From NCBI GenBank assembly GCA_964187785.1, contig OZ076418.1:54880687-54934000 (forward strand): a stretch of 53,314 nucleotides of DNA. Reading direction: 5' to 3'. Below, in pieces: positions 10,660 through 21,380 of the stretch. The translations under genes and the position numbers were made by a program. The stretch's first letter is position 1. Each line of letters begins with the position of its first letter. Source of the DNA: Amphiscolops sp. MND2022. Its lineage: Eukaryota. The notes below the pieces were generated by a model that was not told where the DNA came from, ran no database searches, and worked only from the letters and a program-made list of their open reading frames with translations.

Positions 10660-12400
10660 ATGGCTGATTAAACGGTTTCATATTCAATGTAATGACGCCC
10701 CAGACCAGACCAAGTCCGGTTGCTGCAGAAATTTGATTAAAGACGACGACATGGATTGTATTGGATGTTCCCGATGTGCATCCTGGGTTCATGGTTCCTG
10801 TGCTGGACAAGCCCTGATGATATTCTCTGGTTGGGGACCGATCCCAACATCCAATGGAACCGCGCCTTTTCTCTCACAGAAGCTGAATACAATTTTATCC
10901 GATTTTCAAACCAATTCCAAAATTTTACCTGACCTGTTCAAAAATGCCTTACCTGTCACGAATGAAAACGTCAAAGAAGCTGTTACCAGCTCTCTTCCAT
11001 CTTACCGAGATATTGTTTTGAATACCAAGAAAACTTCCTCTTAACCCCAGTTTACTGGGACTCCCGAAAAAGAAGAAAAATACTGTAAACAATTTGAAGA
11101 CAAAGTAAAATTGTTGATATTACTCAGCACATGGGTTTGCGCACTGAAGGCAATATAAATGCTATTCGCCGACTGGGAAAGACTTCTAGAACAAAGGAAT
11201 CTGACAAGGTAGTGAATTCTGGTTCACGGTGTCGTACCATTTTTCTTACTGCAACAAATCCTCTCTTCATGAACCACTGTTTTGCTCGCAGTCACCATCT
11301 CGAAACATTCGACTACATCAACAAATTTTTCATATTCCGCTGATCACCAACGCGAAAAGAACATTTTATCCAAAAGGTATCATATGATCCACGCAGAAAA
11401 TACACTTTTCGTTTACGAAATATAAAACAGCAAAACAAAAAAGTTGAACCTACTTGACTATGTATGCTATTGAACTGTCAACCAATAGAAAAACGTATCA
11501 GTTTAGTCCATCTCTGCAACTCTAACTCTATTACCTTAGTTTTTCTTACGTAAACAGGGCTTCATGAAGAAATGACTGACTCAGAAATTTTCATTGTTTC
11601 TTCTGATCGTACTATGCGAGCACTGATAGCAGTCGCGATGATCATGGTGGCTTACTAACTTTCCATCCATTGGACATTCCCATTCGTTCAATTATTATTG
11701 CCATTGTGGAATTCTGTTTGCCATCGCTTGGGTAATTCTCGGTGATGTTCCTTCATACTGTATATTGGTATACAATCAACATAATCCGGTGTATGGAAGC
11801 TGATCATAAAAACTTCCTTGATATCCTACTACAATTCGGTTACACTGGCATCCATAATGTATACATTCTCGGTGATTTTAACTTCCCCAGCGTCGACTGG
11901 AAATCCTATTCTTCCAATTCTTCAATGGAACGCTGTTTTCTAGATTTTGTTCTTGGAAAGACTTGGTTCAGATGGCCTACCCAAAAAATCCAAATGTGCT
12001 TGACCTTGTTTTCTGCAATAGTCAATGTTTAGCCCTGTTTTATTCTCTGATCATTATCCAATATAAATTGATTTCACTTTCTCTGTGCTTCCAAGGCATT
12101 AGACGAATGTTTTTTCCAGCTATGCAACAAGTTTGCGGACGTTGACAGCAACATCATGAAATCAAACATATGCACACGCTCTTCGTCAAAGGGCATGTTC
12201 TATAATCCAACGTGCAACAAGTTTCTCACAAAAGACAATTTCTATATTAGACCTGCGCGTTCAGCAAATGCACTGATAAACTAAAAAATAGTATCTTGAT
12301 ATGCCTCTGAATGTTTTCAACTCTTGTGTTAATCGATTCCCAACTGAGAAAACTGCAAATTATTTCAACATTAATTACACTTGCATGTTCTACCTGAAAT
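10660..12400 (+). mobile_element. Decayed 5' part of a CR1/L2-group LINE (PHD ORF1 and AP endonuclease)
   Basis: PHD-like CCRNLIKDDDMDCIGCSRCASWVHGSC; ORF1-type AIRRLGK...CRTIFLT; endonuclease motifs ILGDFNFPSVDW and NVLDLVFCN. Many stops and frameshifts; no RT. Confidence 0.75.
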
Positions 12401-12880
12401 GCCTATGTACGTTTTGTAGATGATATCTGATTAGATTTTGTCATAATACCCGTCAAAGAAATTAAACCTATTACTACTACTATCATCCTGCTAGTTAAAG
12501 ATGGCACCCAACCGTGGTCTACATGAACGGAAACACTAAAAGCAAAGAAAGGAAACTTCCGGGGTTGCACAAGGCGCCTTGATTGACGAGAATGGGCGCA
12601 GGAGTCGACAACCGTGACATTCCTTACCGGTTTGTTTTCAGTTAGGTGAATTCCACGGGGTTCAAACCTTGAAGGCAAGTCGGAAGATCACATGGGATCT
12701 AAGGGAGAGTTGAGATTAGCATGACGTGAGAATCGGCCTGCAGTTTTGTTGCAAGAACGTGTTAACAGGTACGTTCGACCTTTCTACTACAGTGTCACGT
12801 GTGCGCTACTTAGATGGTTGATCCTAGCGGTAACCCTATCGCAAACAGCAGCTACTCGTCATCAAGTTTTTGGTCCAGAT
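11984..12880 (+). repeat. 897-bp dispersed duplication, copy 1 (copy 2 at 23921-24817)
   Basis: Collinear from AAAAA(T/C)CCAAAT to TCCAGAT, roughly 90-95% identical by eye. Confidence 0.9.
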
Positions 12881-13210
12881 TTTAACAGAACGACATTCAA
12901 CCAGTGAGACACGAACTTTCTATGACAAAAGCTGAACTTTTGACCAACTTTCATATATTCTGCATATCAACTCTTGAGATATTCGCACGCAAACAAGCTT
13001 AGTCCATTTTTGAATTCCATCGAGTGGACTCTCTTCTTCATTCATCACACTTGGCCATTTCTTGAGTGCTGTTGTGAACCAAACGTCTTCGGGTCTTTCT
13101 GAGAAAGTCGGTACGATACAACTTGCACCAAAAGTTGAAGCGAAGAAAGCAGGAAAAGCTAACAGTGATGCGGATCAAACCCCAAGAACACCCATTGTTG
13201 GTAGCAGAGT
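12565..13210 (-). mobile_element. C-terminal fragment of a REL-endonuclease (CRE/NeSL/R2-group) non-LTR retrotransposon
   Basis: Reconstructed across frames: LGV-SASLLAFPAFFAS...WLNVV...LDDE...VAHT-HCSRKVER...SC.KTAGRFSRHANLNS...DLPSRFEPRG...VTVVD...NQGALCNPG, i.e. a CCHC knuckle plus REL region. Heavily decayed. Confidence 0.65.
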
Positions 13211-13286
13211 CAACTTATACTCGAGAAAATGTCAAAACTCACGTTACACATTCTATGAAGCCCTTCACGTAGAGTTTGTTACTTTT

Positions 13287-13570
13287 AAAACGTTATATCC
13301 GAACTTTGAAAACTTATATTCGAAATTTGAAGACGTTATACACGAACGTTGAAAGCGTTATATCCGACATTTAACAATGTTACATCTGAACTTTGAAAAC
13401 GTTATATCAGAACTTTGAAAACGTTATATCCGAACTTTAAAAACGTTATATCAGAACTTCGACAACGTTACATCTGAACTTTGAGAACGTTATATCAGAA
13501 CTTTGAAAACGTTTTTCCGAACTTTGACAACGCTACATCTGCACTTTGCAAACGTTATATCGGAACTTTG
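13287..13570. repeat. 22-bp minisatellite, about 13 copies (AAAACGTTATATCCGAACTTTG)
   Basis: Period of 22 nt read directly from the sequence. Confidence 0.9.
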
Positions 13571-14621
13571 AACATTCTTCCAGTCTTCTATTCTCCAGTA
13601 ATTCTACCAGTCTCTACTTCGCACAATTAGGTTTTCTGGAACTGTGTTTCAAGCGATATCTGTTGCGCTCTCCAAAGTATGCAAATATGCTGAATACCCT
13701 TGCTATAGAATTATTAAGATTTGAATTGAGGCCAATGAATGGAAAGTTCAAGTTCGGCTTCAATCAGCAGGCGGCGTCTAATGAAGCAGAAATGGATTAC
13801 AATGAACAAGAGTAAAGAGAAAGTAGAAAAATTGAACTGATTAAAAAGAATTGAATAAAATGCACTAAAACGATAAAGGAGTGGCCAGAGAAATCATTGT
13901 GATAGAAAGCAGTGTATGGTACAATTTCAGAGCAATAAAGCAACAAACTCAAGAACTGACACCCGGTGAAATACCTTCTGACTTTCTTCCAAGCATCCCA
14001 AAGCAATCAGAAGAACTTTGCAAGTGAAATGAGTTTTTCAAGACGAAATGAAACTAGTTCGGTGACTGAATCGGTTGAATCGAAGGTTCACAGGTTTTTT
14101 TCTGATCTGTAGGCCACAGCCTCTGTCGATCAGCTCTTCCATGTGAGTCCATTTCTCACAAGGAACTCGGTGTTGAACATTTTGTGTTCCCAGTGTCTGT
14201 CTAAACTTCTTATAAAAGCGTTTACGTTGTCACAGAGCACAACTGTTTCTGGCAATGAATTCCAATCCGCCACTGCAGCGACAGCAAAAAAGTTCTTTCT
14301 AATTGCTAGTCTCGGTTTCTTTGTCTTCAGCTGGTAAGGGTTACCTCTGGTCTCTCTTTCGTTCAATTCGAATAACCCTTCAGTCGCTTTCCTGTCGTAA
14401 CATTCATTTAGTATTTTGTATACCTCAATCATTCTACCGCGCCGTCTTCTGTACTCGAGAGTTGGAATATTCAATTCTTTTAACCTGTCTTCGTAGTTAA
14501 GATCACGGGGCACGGTAATAAGTTCGAACCCATAAGTTCGATTTTTAATTCCGAATGGACTAAGTTCGAATTTTACAAAAACCGGAACAAGTTCGAATCA
14601 CTGTGTTCGAATTTTGGACTA

Positions 14622-14860
14622 AGTATAAAACGTGCCACTGATAATACCCCATTTCATCTAGTGCCCCGCGGCCCCTTGGGGCAGCTTATGTTCCCATCTT
14701 GCTAAGCGAGGTCGAACAGGAGCAAAGACCTAGCGGGAACGGAGATCGCGAAGCGACGGTGAGGTCGAGCGACGGTGAGGTCGAGCGACGGTGAGGTCGA
14801 GCGACGGTGAGGGCTTTGCGACGGTGAGGGCGAGCGTGCATACACCGGGTGTGCCCCACA
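14622..14860. repeat. Unclassified GC-rich interspersed repeat with 5 x 16-bp tandem GCGACGGTGAGGTCGA (14753-14833)
   Basis: Homologous to 42402-42570 and 44846-45020 (TATAAAACGTG...CTAGTGCCCCGCGG...GAGCAAAGACCTAGCGGGAAC). Confidence 0.75.
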
Positions 14861-14895
14861 TTTGAGTTTTTCCCTTAGATCCTAGGCGGTGGAGC

Positions 14896-16299
14896 CAGGG
14901 TTGTCAGTTCAATTACGTTTTTTCTGAAAATAATTGATCAATTACAAATTTGCTAATTGGAATTGGAATTGATTTTTTTCAGGGAATTGGAATTGGAATT
15001 GAAACGTTTAATTTCAATTGGAATTGGAATTGGAATTGAAATGTTTTTGAGGAATTGGAATTGAAATTCATAAAAATAATTACCGAGAAAGCCTTTTAGG
15101 GACAATAAAACAACATCAAGTAATAAGGTTGAATTAATTGCCAATAACCGTAACCGTCAACATGAACAAAAAAGTATCAATAATGCTTGAATTAGAGTCA
15201 TTCATCAAAAAATGCATAGTTTTTGTTTAGGAAAACATTTCTTTGGTGATGATGGACTGACATGCGAGTCTGAAGGTAATTTTTGTTTACGAGACACAAA
15301 GAAAAAAGTCTTTCAGCATCTGAAGACGAGGGTCGGAAATTCTTCATATGCGATCTTACGTCAAATTCGTCATCTTGCACTCTTTCTAAAAACCCGTCAA
15401 GAGGAATAATATCATCGCTCACATATGCGTGCTCCGCTGTTTCGAAACGACGTAATCTTTGATTTTTTTGCAAAAAACATTATCATCACCATATGGATTA
15501 AAAATAGCCTTAACAATATCATTATCATCAATCCATTTTTCAAGTGTATCTTTAACTGGTGAGTTAAGTAAAGGCTCAGTAAAAGCACTTCACGGAGAAG
15601 TTATCAAGATAAACAAGTTTTGCAACATCAAAAGCGAATTTTGATGGCGAAACCAAGCGAATTTGGTTTTGATCAAAGGCGAAACCAAGCGAATTTTGAT
15701 CTGTGGGAAGTAAAATTTGACCTGCAAGACACTTCTGGTAGTGCTTCCTCATGTTCGAAGTGCCACCATTGCATGCCGTAACAATATGTTTGCAGCGAAT
15801 ACATTGGCGTTTATCAGTTGGTAATCCATTCAAATGTTGAACAAAGAAATATTTGTTAATTGCAGTTTTCTTATTATTGCTTTGTCGGTACTCAATGCGT
15901 GGCGCCAATGAGGGCGCCGGTTCAACTTCAACCATATCGCTATTTTCAGCATTAGACATTCTAAAATAACTTTAACATTAGTCAATATGTCAATTAGTCA
16001 ATAACAAAATAACAAGCGTTTTGGATTTTAATATAAATTTTGAGAGCATGCTACAATTAACAAATGAGTTGCACTTTATTAACTTAATTTCGAACTTTAA
16101 TATTGCGAAAAATCTCTGAAATTTGGTTGGAATTGGAATTGGAATTGAAAATTTTGCCGCATAATTGGAATTGGAATTGGTTTTATTTTTTGTATGTGGA
16201 ATTGGAATTGAAAATCTCGAAAAAGCGTAATTGGAATTGGAAGTGAAGACGCTTAATTGGAATTGGAATTGATAATTGGAATTGGAATTGACAACCCTG
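14896..16299 (-). mobile_element. Internally deleted hAT transposon
   Basis: TIR CAGGGTTGTCA / TGACAACCCTG; perfect TSD GGTGGAGC (14888-14895, 16300-16307); (AATTGG)n subterminal repeats; BED finger QCIRCKH...GTSNMRKH (15576-15959) and hATC-like SSSDAERLFS (15198-15473). No intervening catalytic core. Confidence 0.92.
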
Positions 16300-19200
16300 G
16301 GTGGAGCTCTCAGGATCTTGTGTGAAGGATGTCCAGTTTACACCGGATATGCCCGATATGAAAATTTGAACTTGGTATCTCGAAACTATTCCATTCGAAC
16401 TTATTGCACTAGTTCAAATTCGAACTTGGTAAATCGAACTTATTGCCCGAAGCCAAGATTACCAATGCCGGGTACGAGTCTGGTTGCTCGCCTCTGGAGA
16501 CTTTCTAACATCAATATATGTTTCTTCAGATACGGTTTCCAGGACTGGTTGGCGTACTCTAGATGAGGTCTAACGAGAGTTTTGTACAGTTTTTTGAGGA
16601 TTTCTGCATTAATATTCGGGAAGCACTTTTTAATGATTGCTAAAATGCCATTAGCTGTTTTTGTTTTCTTTGAAATGTGTTCGTGAAAGGAGAGTTTTGT
16701 ATCGATTATAATTCCGAGGTCTTTCTCACTGTTAACCCTTGTCAAGGGTGTTGAACCATCCAGGGATTACGTTCTATTTGATGATGTTGTTCTTAAACTC
16801 AGTGTAAGCTGGTGACATTTTGTCAGATTGAACTCGAGATCACCGCCATTTGACCACTTCTTCAACTTGTAAAGATCCTTTTGTAGTTCTTCCTGCTCTG
16901 CTAGGTTGGTGATTGCTCTGTAAATTTTCGCGTCATCAGCGAAGTAGAACATTTTGGATGTTTCGCCATTTGACATGGAGTTGATGTAAAGAAGGAAAAG
17001 TATTGCTCCCAGGACTGACCCTTGGACACTCCACTTGTCACTACTGCCCACTGTGAGTGGTTCTCGTTTACTATGACTCGCTGTTTCCTTCCTGACAAAA
17101 AGGCAGTTATCCAATCGAGAGTTTTTCCCTCGAATGCCATAAAACTCAATGATTCTCAGTAGGCGTTTGTGGGGGACGCTGTCAAAAGCCTTCTGGAAAT
17201 CGATATAGATAATATCGACTTCATTGCCGGAGTCCAATTCTGCTGTCCAATCTTCAAGTGCCCTGAGCAACTGTAAGGTTGTCGAGCATCCGGGGACAAA
17301 GCCAAGCTGCTGGTCAGATATGATATGGTTCTGATCTATGAAATTGATGATGTGCCTTTTGATTATCCTCTCCATAATTTTGCTGCAGATTGCTGTTAGA
17401 CCAATGGGTCTGTAGTTGTTAGGATCGTTTTTCGAACCTTTCTTGTGAATGGCAGAAATATTGGCACGTTTCCAGTCTCGGGGAAGTTCTCCAGACTGCC
17501 AAGATTCCGTGAGAATTCTGGTCAATATGGGAGTTATCTGCTGGCGTGTTTCGTGTAATACTCGAGGATTCAGGTTGTCTGGCCCCATTGATTTGGTAAT
17601 GTTCAGTGACTCCAATTCTTTTAGAATTATCTCCTCAGTGGTCACGAGATCATCTGAGATCTGAGTTGGTCGCCAATCAACTGGATTCCAGTCCCCAGGT
17701 GATTCTTTAGTGAAGACGGAGCTGAAAAATCCCGAAAGAGCCTCTGCTTTATCAGTGTCTGTCATTGCACAAGTTCCGTCTTTAAGGTTGGGGGTAGGTA
17801 TTGTTTCAGTTAGTTTCAGTTTACTATTTACATGGTTCCAGAAAACCTTAGACCTGACTTTGCTAGCGATTGCTTCTTCATGCTTCAAAACATTGGTTCT
17901 TGTGATCTTCCTGACTTTATTCCTCATTTTACAGTAGTTTTCGTAGGCGTATTGTGTTCGATCTTTACAAAAGATTTTGGTAGCTTTTCTCTTTCTCTAG
18001 GATTGTTTGGAAAATTTCACCCAAAATTGGAGTTCGGTTGTGTCTGTTTTGTCGAATTTTCATTTTTGGCACATGGTTCTCTGTGGCTTCATTCATCATA
18101 TCCTTGAAACAAATCCAGTTGTCTTCTAATGGTTTGGATTCGTCGTATTCAATATCTCGAATTGATTAGCATAATTCGGAATAGTTTCCTTTTGAGTAGT
18201 TGAGTCGAACTTTGGCTCGACATTTGGTCCAGACGTTGAATTTAACTTTGAGTAAGCTGTGATCTCCTTTGCCTAGAGGTGGTGAGTACCCAACGTTTGG
18301 TTCTAGGGATTTATCGGTGAGTAAAAGATCTAATAACGATGATTCGCGGTTTCCTCTTGCCCACGTTGGCCTGTCGATATGTTGTTCCAGGAATGAGTCC
18401 TTGATTGCCTCTAGGAACTGATGTTCTTTGCTGTTTTCATCATGGTTCGTAGTGCAGTTGTCCCAGTCAATGTCACGAAAATTCGTGTCACCACAAACAA
18501 TGTGTTTCTTTCTGTTTCCGCCAATTGCTCAAAAAATTGTGTTTAGCTTGACGTTGTTCTCATAGGGTGACGAAGGGCTTCTGTAGATGGATACAAAATT
18601 AATGTTCTCTTTCGGCAGAAAAAGCTCGTAGGCTTGAATTCCATCGAAACCGAATTCATGAGTCACTTCCTTGGTTTCAATGTCACCGCGTATGTATAGT
18701 AGCATTCCTCTTCCTTTATCTTCTGGGTCCATATTTTTGTCTTTCAGCTTGTAGCAGTCAAGTTTAAACCAAATCGGATTCCATTTAAGAATTACATTCT
18801 TCGGTTTGGCTTCAGTTATAGCTAAAATGTGTGGTAAAGCGGCGGCTTGTTGTAGGAGAGTTTTCAGTTCTAAAAATTTTTCAGTTGTCAGGACATCTAC
18901 ATTCCCGAACCAGACGTTGAAATGTTCACGTTTGTGTCCGTCAATACTTCTTTGGATTTTAATCGTTTCTTTACCCTTAGAATTCGGTCTCCTCTCACTA
19001 TGTGAATGTAGTCCCCTGATTCCTCTGAGGTCAAATTTTTTGCCCGTTGAACTAAGAAACGAACGTTTTCTCTTTCCTTCAGGCTCCTGTCTGGCGTGAC
19101 TCTCAGCTGTCTAAGGTTTTCGTTAGCAAACTTCAGTTTCGTGAGGTTCTTCAACATCAGATTTGCATTATTTATCGTGTCAAATGTAACCAATAAAGGT

Positions 19201-19907
19201 CGGGTCTGCTGTTCACTTTAGTCGTCTGGTTTTCTTCCGAGTCTGGTACATTGTTTCACTGTCGTGCAATCAATATCGATGCTTCCGCAAAGTTGGTTTA
19301 CAATTTCCAGGTCTTGATTGTAGCGGTCTTTTGAATTTGTGGCCTTACTCTCAGGGGCTCTGTAGATTACCACATTCTTTTTCCTTCTTAGGTCTTCATC
19401 TTGTTCTTTTTTCTGTTCGGCACCTGCCTCTAGAATTATCTCTTTGAGTGGTCTAGCAACAGCTGGCTGCGTTTTCCAGGTTGACGTTTCATTGTTTTTT
19501 GATTCAGGGGTTACTCCGCTCTTCACTTTTGTGCCATTCATAAAGTAATAGAAGTCATCCATCAGAGTTTTAACCGAGTTCATGGTTGTATCGAGGTCGA
19601 CCTTCATTTTGGAGATTTCATCGGTGGTGCCAGTATTCACTGGTTTTTTCATAAGTGCCTTTACTTCCACAGTACACTTCTCGCAGCACCAAATGCCATT
19701 TGTGGTTGCCATGTACTCGTACACAGCTTCCGGCATGTTGATGCAATTTGCGCAGAAATGTTTCGCACAGTTATCACACTCCATTACTTTATCTGAAGGA
19801 TTGCTGAAATCCTCTTTGCACATCTGACATGTCCATGCTTCGTCCGATGAGTCGGCTGTTGATTTTGACTTGGTGTTCTTGCTGCGGGTGGCAGTCATGT
19901 TTATTTT

Positions 19908-20040
19908 CACCTAGGCAGCTCCGAAACAATTAAGTTCCAGTTAGCTACCAGAGTAAAATTAAACTAGAGATACCCCTGTTGACACCTAGGCCGCTCCGAA
20001 AAAAAAGTTCCAGAAAGCTACCAGAGTAAAAAAACTAAAG
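19908..20040. repeat. Two ~75-bp tandem monomers in the CR1 5' region
   Basis: CACCTAGG(C/G)...GCTCCGAAA...AAGTTCCAG...AGCTACCAGAGTAAAA at 19908 and 19983. Confidence 0.8.
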
Positions 20041-20046
20041 CTAACC

Positions 20047-20673
20047 TTATTTGGACTTTTTCTTCGATGGTCTTTTTCTAGGTTTGCCTTTTCGCTGACT
20101 TCGCTTCTTAGATGGTCGTTTTCTGTTAACAGGTCGTTTTCTTTTAACGATATACTTGAGGTTACCTGATCTTTTCAGGATAGTGTGGATGAATCTTCTT
20201 TCCACGGACTTTGCAACATGGACCTCTCTCAGGTTCTCTTGGTGCCACCGATCTTTCTGTTTTCGCTTGGAAATTAACTTTTTGGCAGCTGGTATGACAA
20301 GGATACCAGTTGACACAAGTTCTTCAAGGATATAACTGGAACTTTCTCTTTGGCAGTAAACAATTGTTGAAATTCTGTGGCTGAAATTTCTAAGTGTAGC
20401 GATCAGGCTATCAACAGTTTCAGCTCTGTTATTGTTGAGTCGGTGTTTGGTAATTGTATTGCTTATGACGTCGTGCCACAAGACGATGTTGGTTTTGAAC
20501 TTGAGTTTCCCTCTTCTCAAAAGAAATCCAAGGTTCAGAATTGGGGAGATAGAGTTGGGGTTGAGACTCAATCCTTTCGCAAAGAAGGATATTCGTGAAA
20601 GTTCTTTTCGCTGATTTCCAGAGAATGATTCGATTCCTGCTTTGAGGGAGCTTGCTCCAATAATAAATACCAT
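20047..20673 (-). CDS. Divergent SGNH-fold-like ORF (family A) with K/R-rich C-terminal tail
   Basis: Intact ORF MVFIIGASSL...KGLSLNP...NIVLWHDVISN...IVYCQR...EVH. Paralogous to 35934-36547. The SGNH assignment is by motif spacing only. Confidence 0.55.
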   Translation of the reverse strand: MVFIIGASSLKAGIESFSGNQRKELSRISFFAKGLSLNPNSISPILNLGFLLRRGKLKFKTNIVLWHDVISNTITKHRLNNNRAETVDSLIATLRNFSHRISTIVYCQRESSSYILEELVSTGILVIPAAKKLISKRKQKDRWHQENLREVHVAKSVERRFIHTILKRSGNLKYIVKRKRPVNRKRPSKKRSQRKGKPRKRPSKKKSK

Positions 20674-20863
20674 TAACAGGTCTTCACCCACTAAGCTAGA
20701 GGCGTGGGACTTGTCAATGGGATAATTAGATTCAGTCCTCTATCTCAAACTTCTGAAAATAAACAAAGAGGTGAATGGAAAATGGACAAATCCATTTAAT
20801 AAGTTTATCACAACAATTAGGAGAAGGAAGGCGATCTCCTTTTTATGAGTAGTTTGTTTACAG

Positions 20864-21380
20864 TTAAACTGCAACACATTTAGTCCATCCAATCACTTTC
20901 GGCATTCGAGGACCCTTGGACCAGCTGTTGGTCTTGATGCCATAAACATCAACTTTTGTACAGCTAGTGCCACCTATCACGTGAATTTCGCCATTCAGAA
21001 CTACAGAGCCTCGGAGAAAATTATATGGATTCATTTGCAATTGTGCACTAGGAGTCCAAGTATCAGTTGTAGGATTATACTTTTCACAGAATCCGTCGTA
21101 ACCAAATACATAAATTTTTATATGTTGAAACAGTGTGACTGTTTTTTCCTTGTGCCATCGACTTGCAGTATCTCCAAGAGTTCAGTTTGGGATCGACTTC
21201 GACCGTTGCTATTTTGGGATGGCCTCCAATGGCATAAATTTTATCATCCACACAAGCAGCTTCGAAATGGCTCATGGCAGTATTCATTGGTGGAAGTGAT
21301 TGCCAGCTTCCGATTGAGTGACCATTACAATCACACTGCAGCATCTCAACAGTAGAAGTCTGTGGAAAGTACTTTGTGGA
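20864..21380 (-). pseudogene. Kelch-repeat protein C-terminal fragment, frameshifted
   Basis: WQSLPPM...KIYAIGG...DPKLNSW, then after a frameshift at about 21115-21120: KIYVFGY...YNPTTDTW...IHVIGG...YGIKTNSWSKGPRMP, stop at 20864. Confidence 0.8.

Larger units (their letters stand above)
14507..16454. mobile_element. Non-autonomous TIR element with GG termini and 8-bp TSD (Merlin- or MuDR-like), itself containing further inserts
   Basis: TSD AAGATCAC (14499-14506) / AAGATTAC (16455-16462). Ends GGGGCACGGTAATAAGTTCG / reverse complement GGCTTCGGGCAATAAGTTCG. AAGTTCGA repeats on the left and TCGAACTT repeats on the right. Confidence 0.8.
14085..20045 (-). mobile_element. Near full-length CR1-clade LINE interrupted by the insertion at 14507-16454
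   Basis: ORF1 from ATG 19898 with a PHD finger (CQMC...CDNC...HFCANC...WCCEKC) and CTRLGRK. ORF2 endonuclease (ILAITEAKPK, CGDTNFRDIDW, GDHSL), RT (YIDFQKAFDSV, QGSVLGA, FADDAK) and CR1 tail (LEYRRRRG...WNSLP). Removing the insert restores LVPGIGNLNYEDRL. Confidence 0.92.

Noticed and set aside
14650-14690. Helitron 3' end (hairpin plus CTAG on the minus strand)
   Set aside because: CTAG is followed by A or G rather than T in the copies, and homology continues past it.
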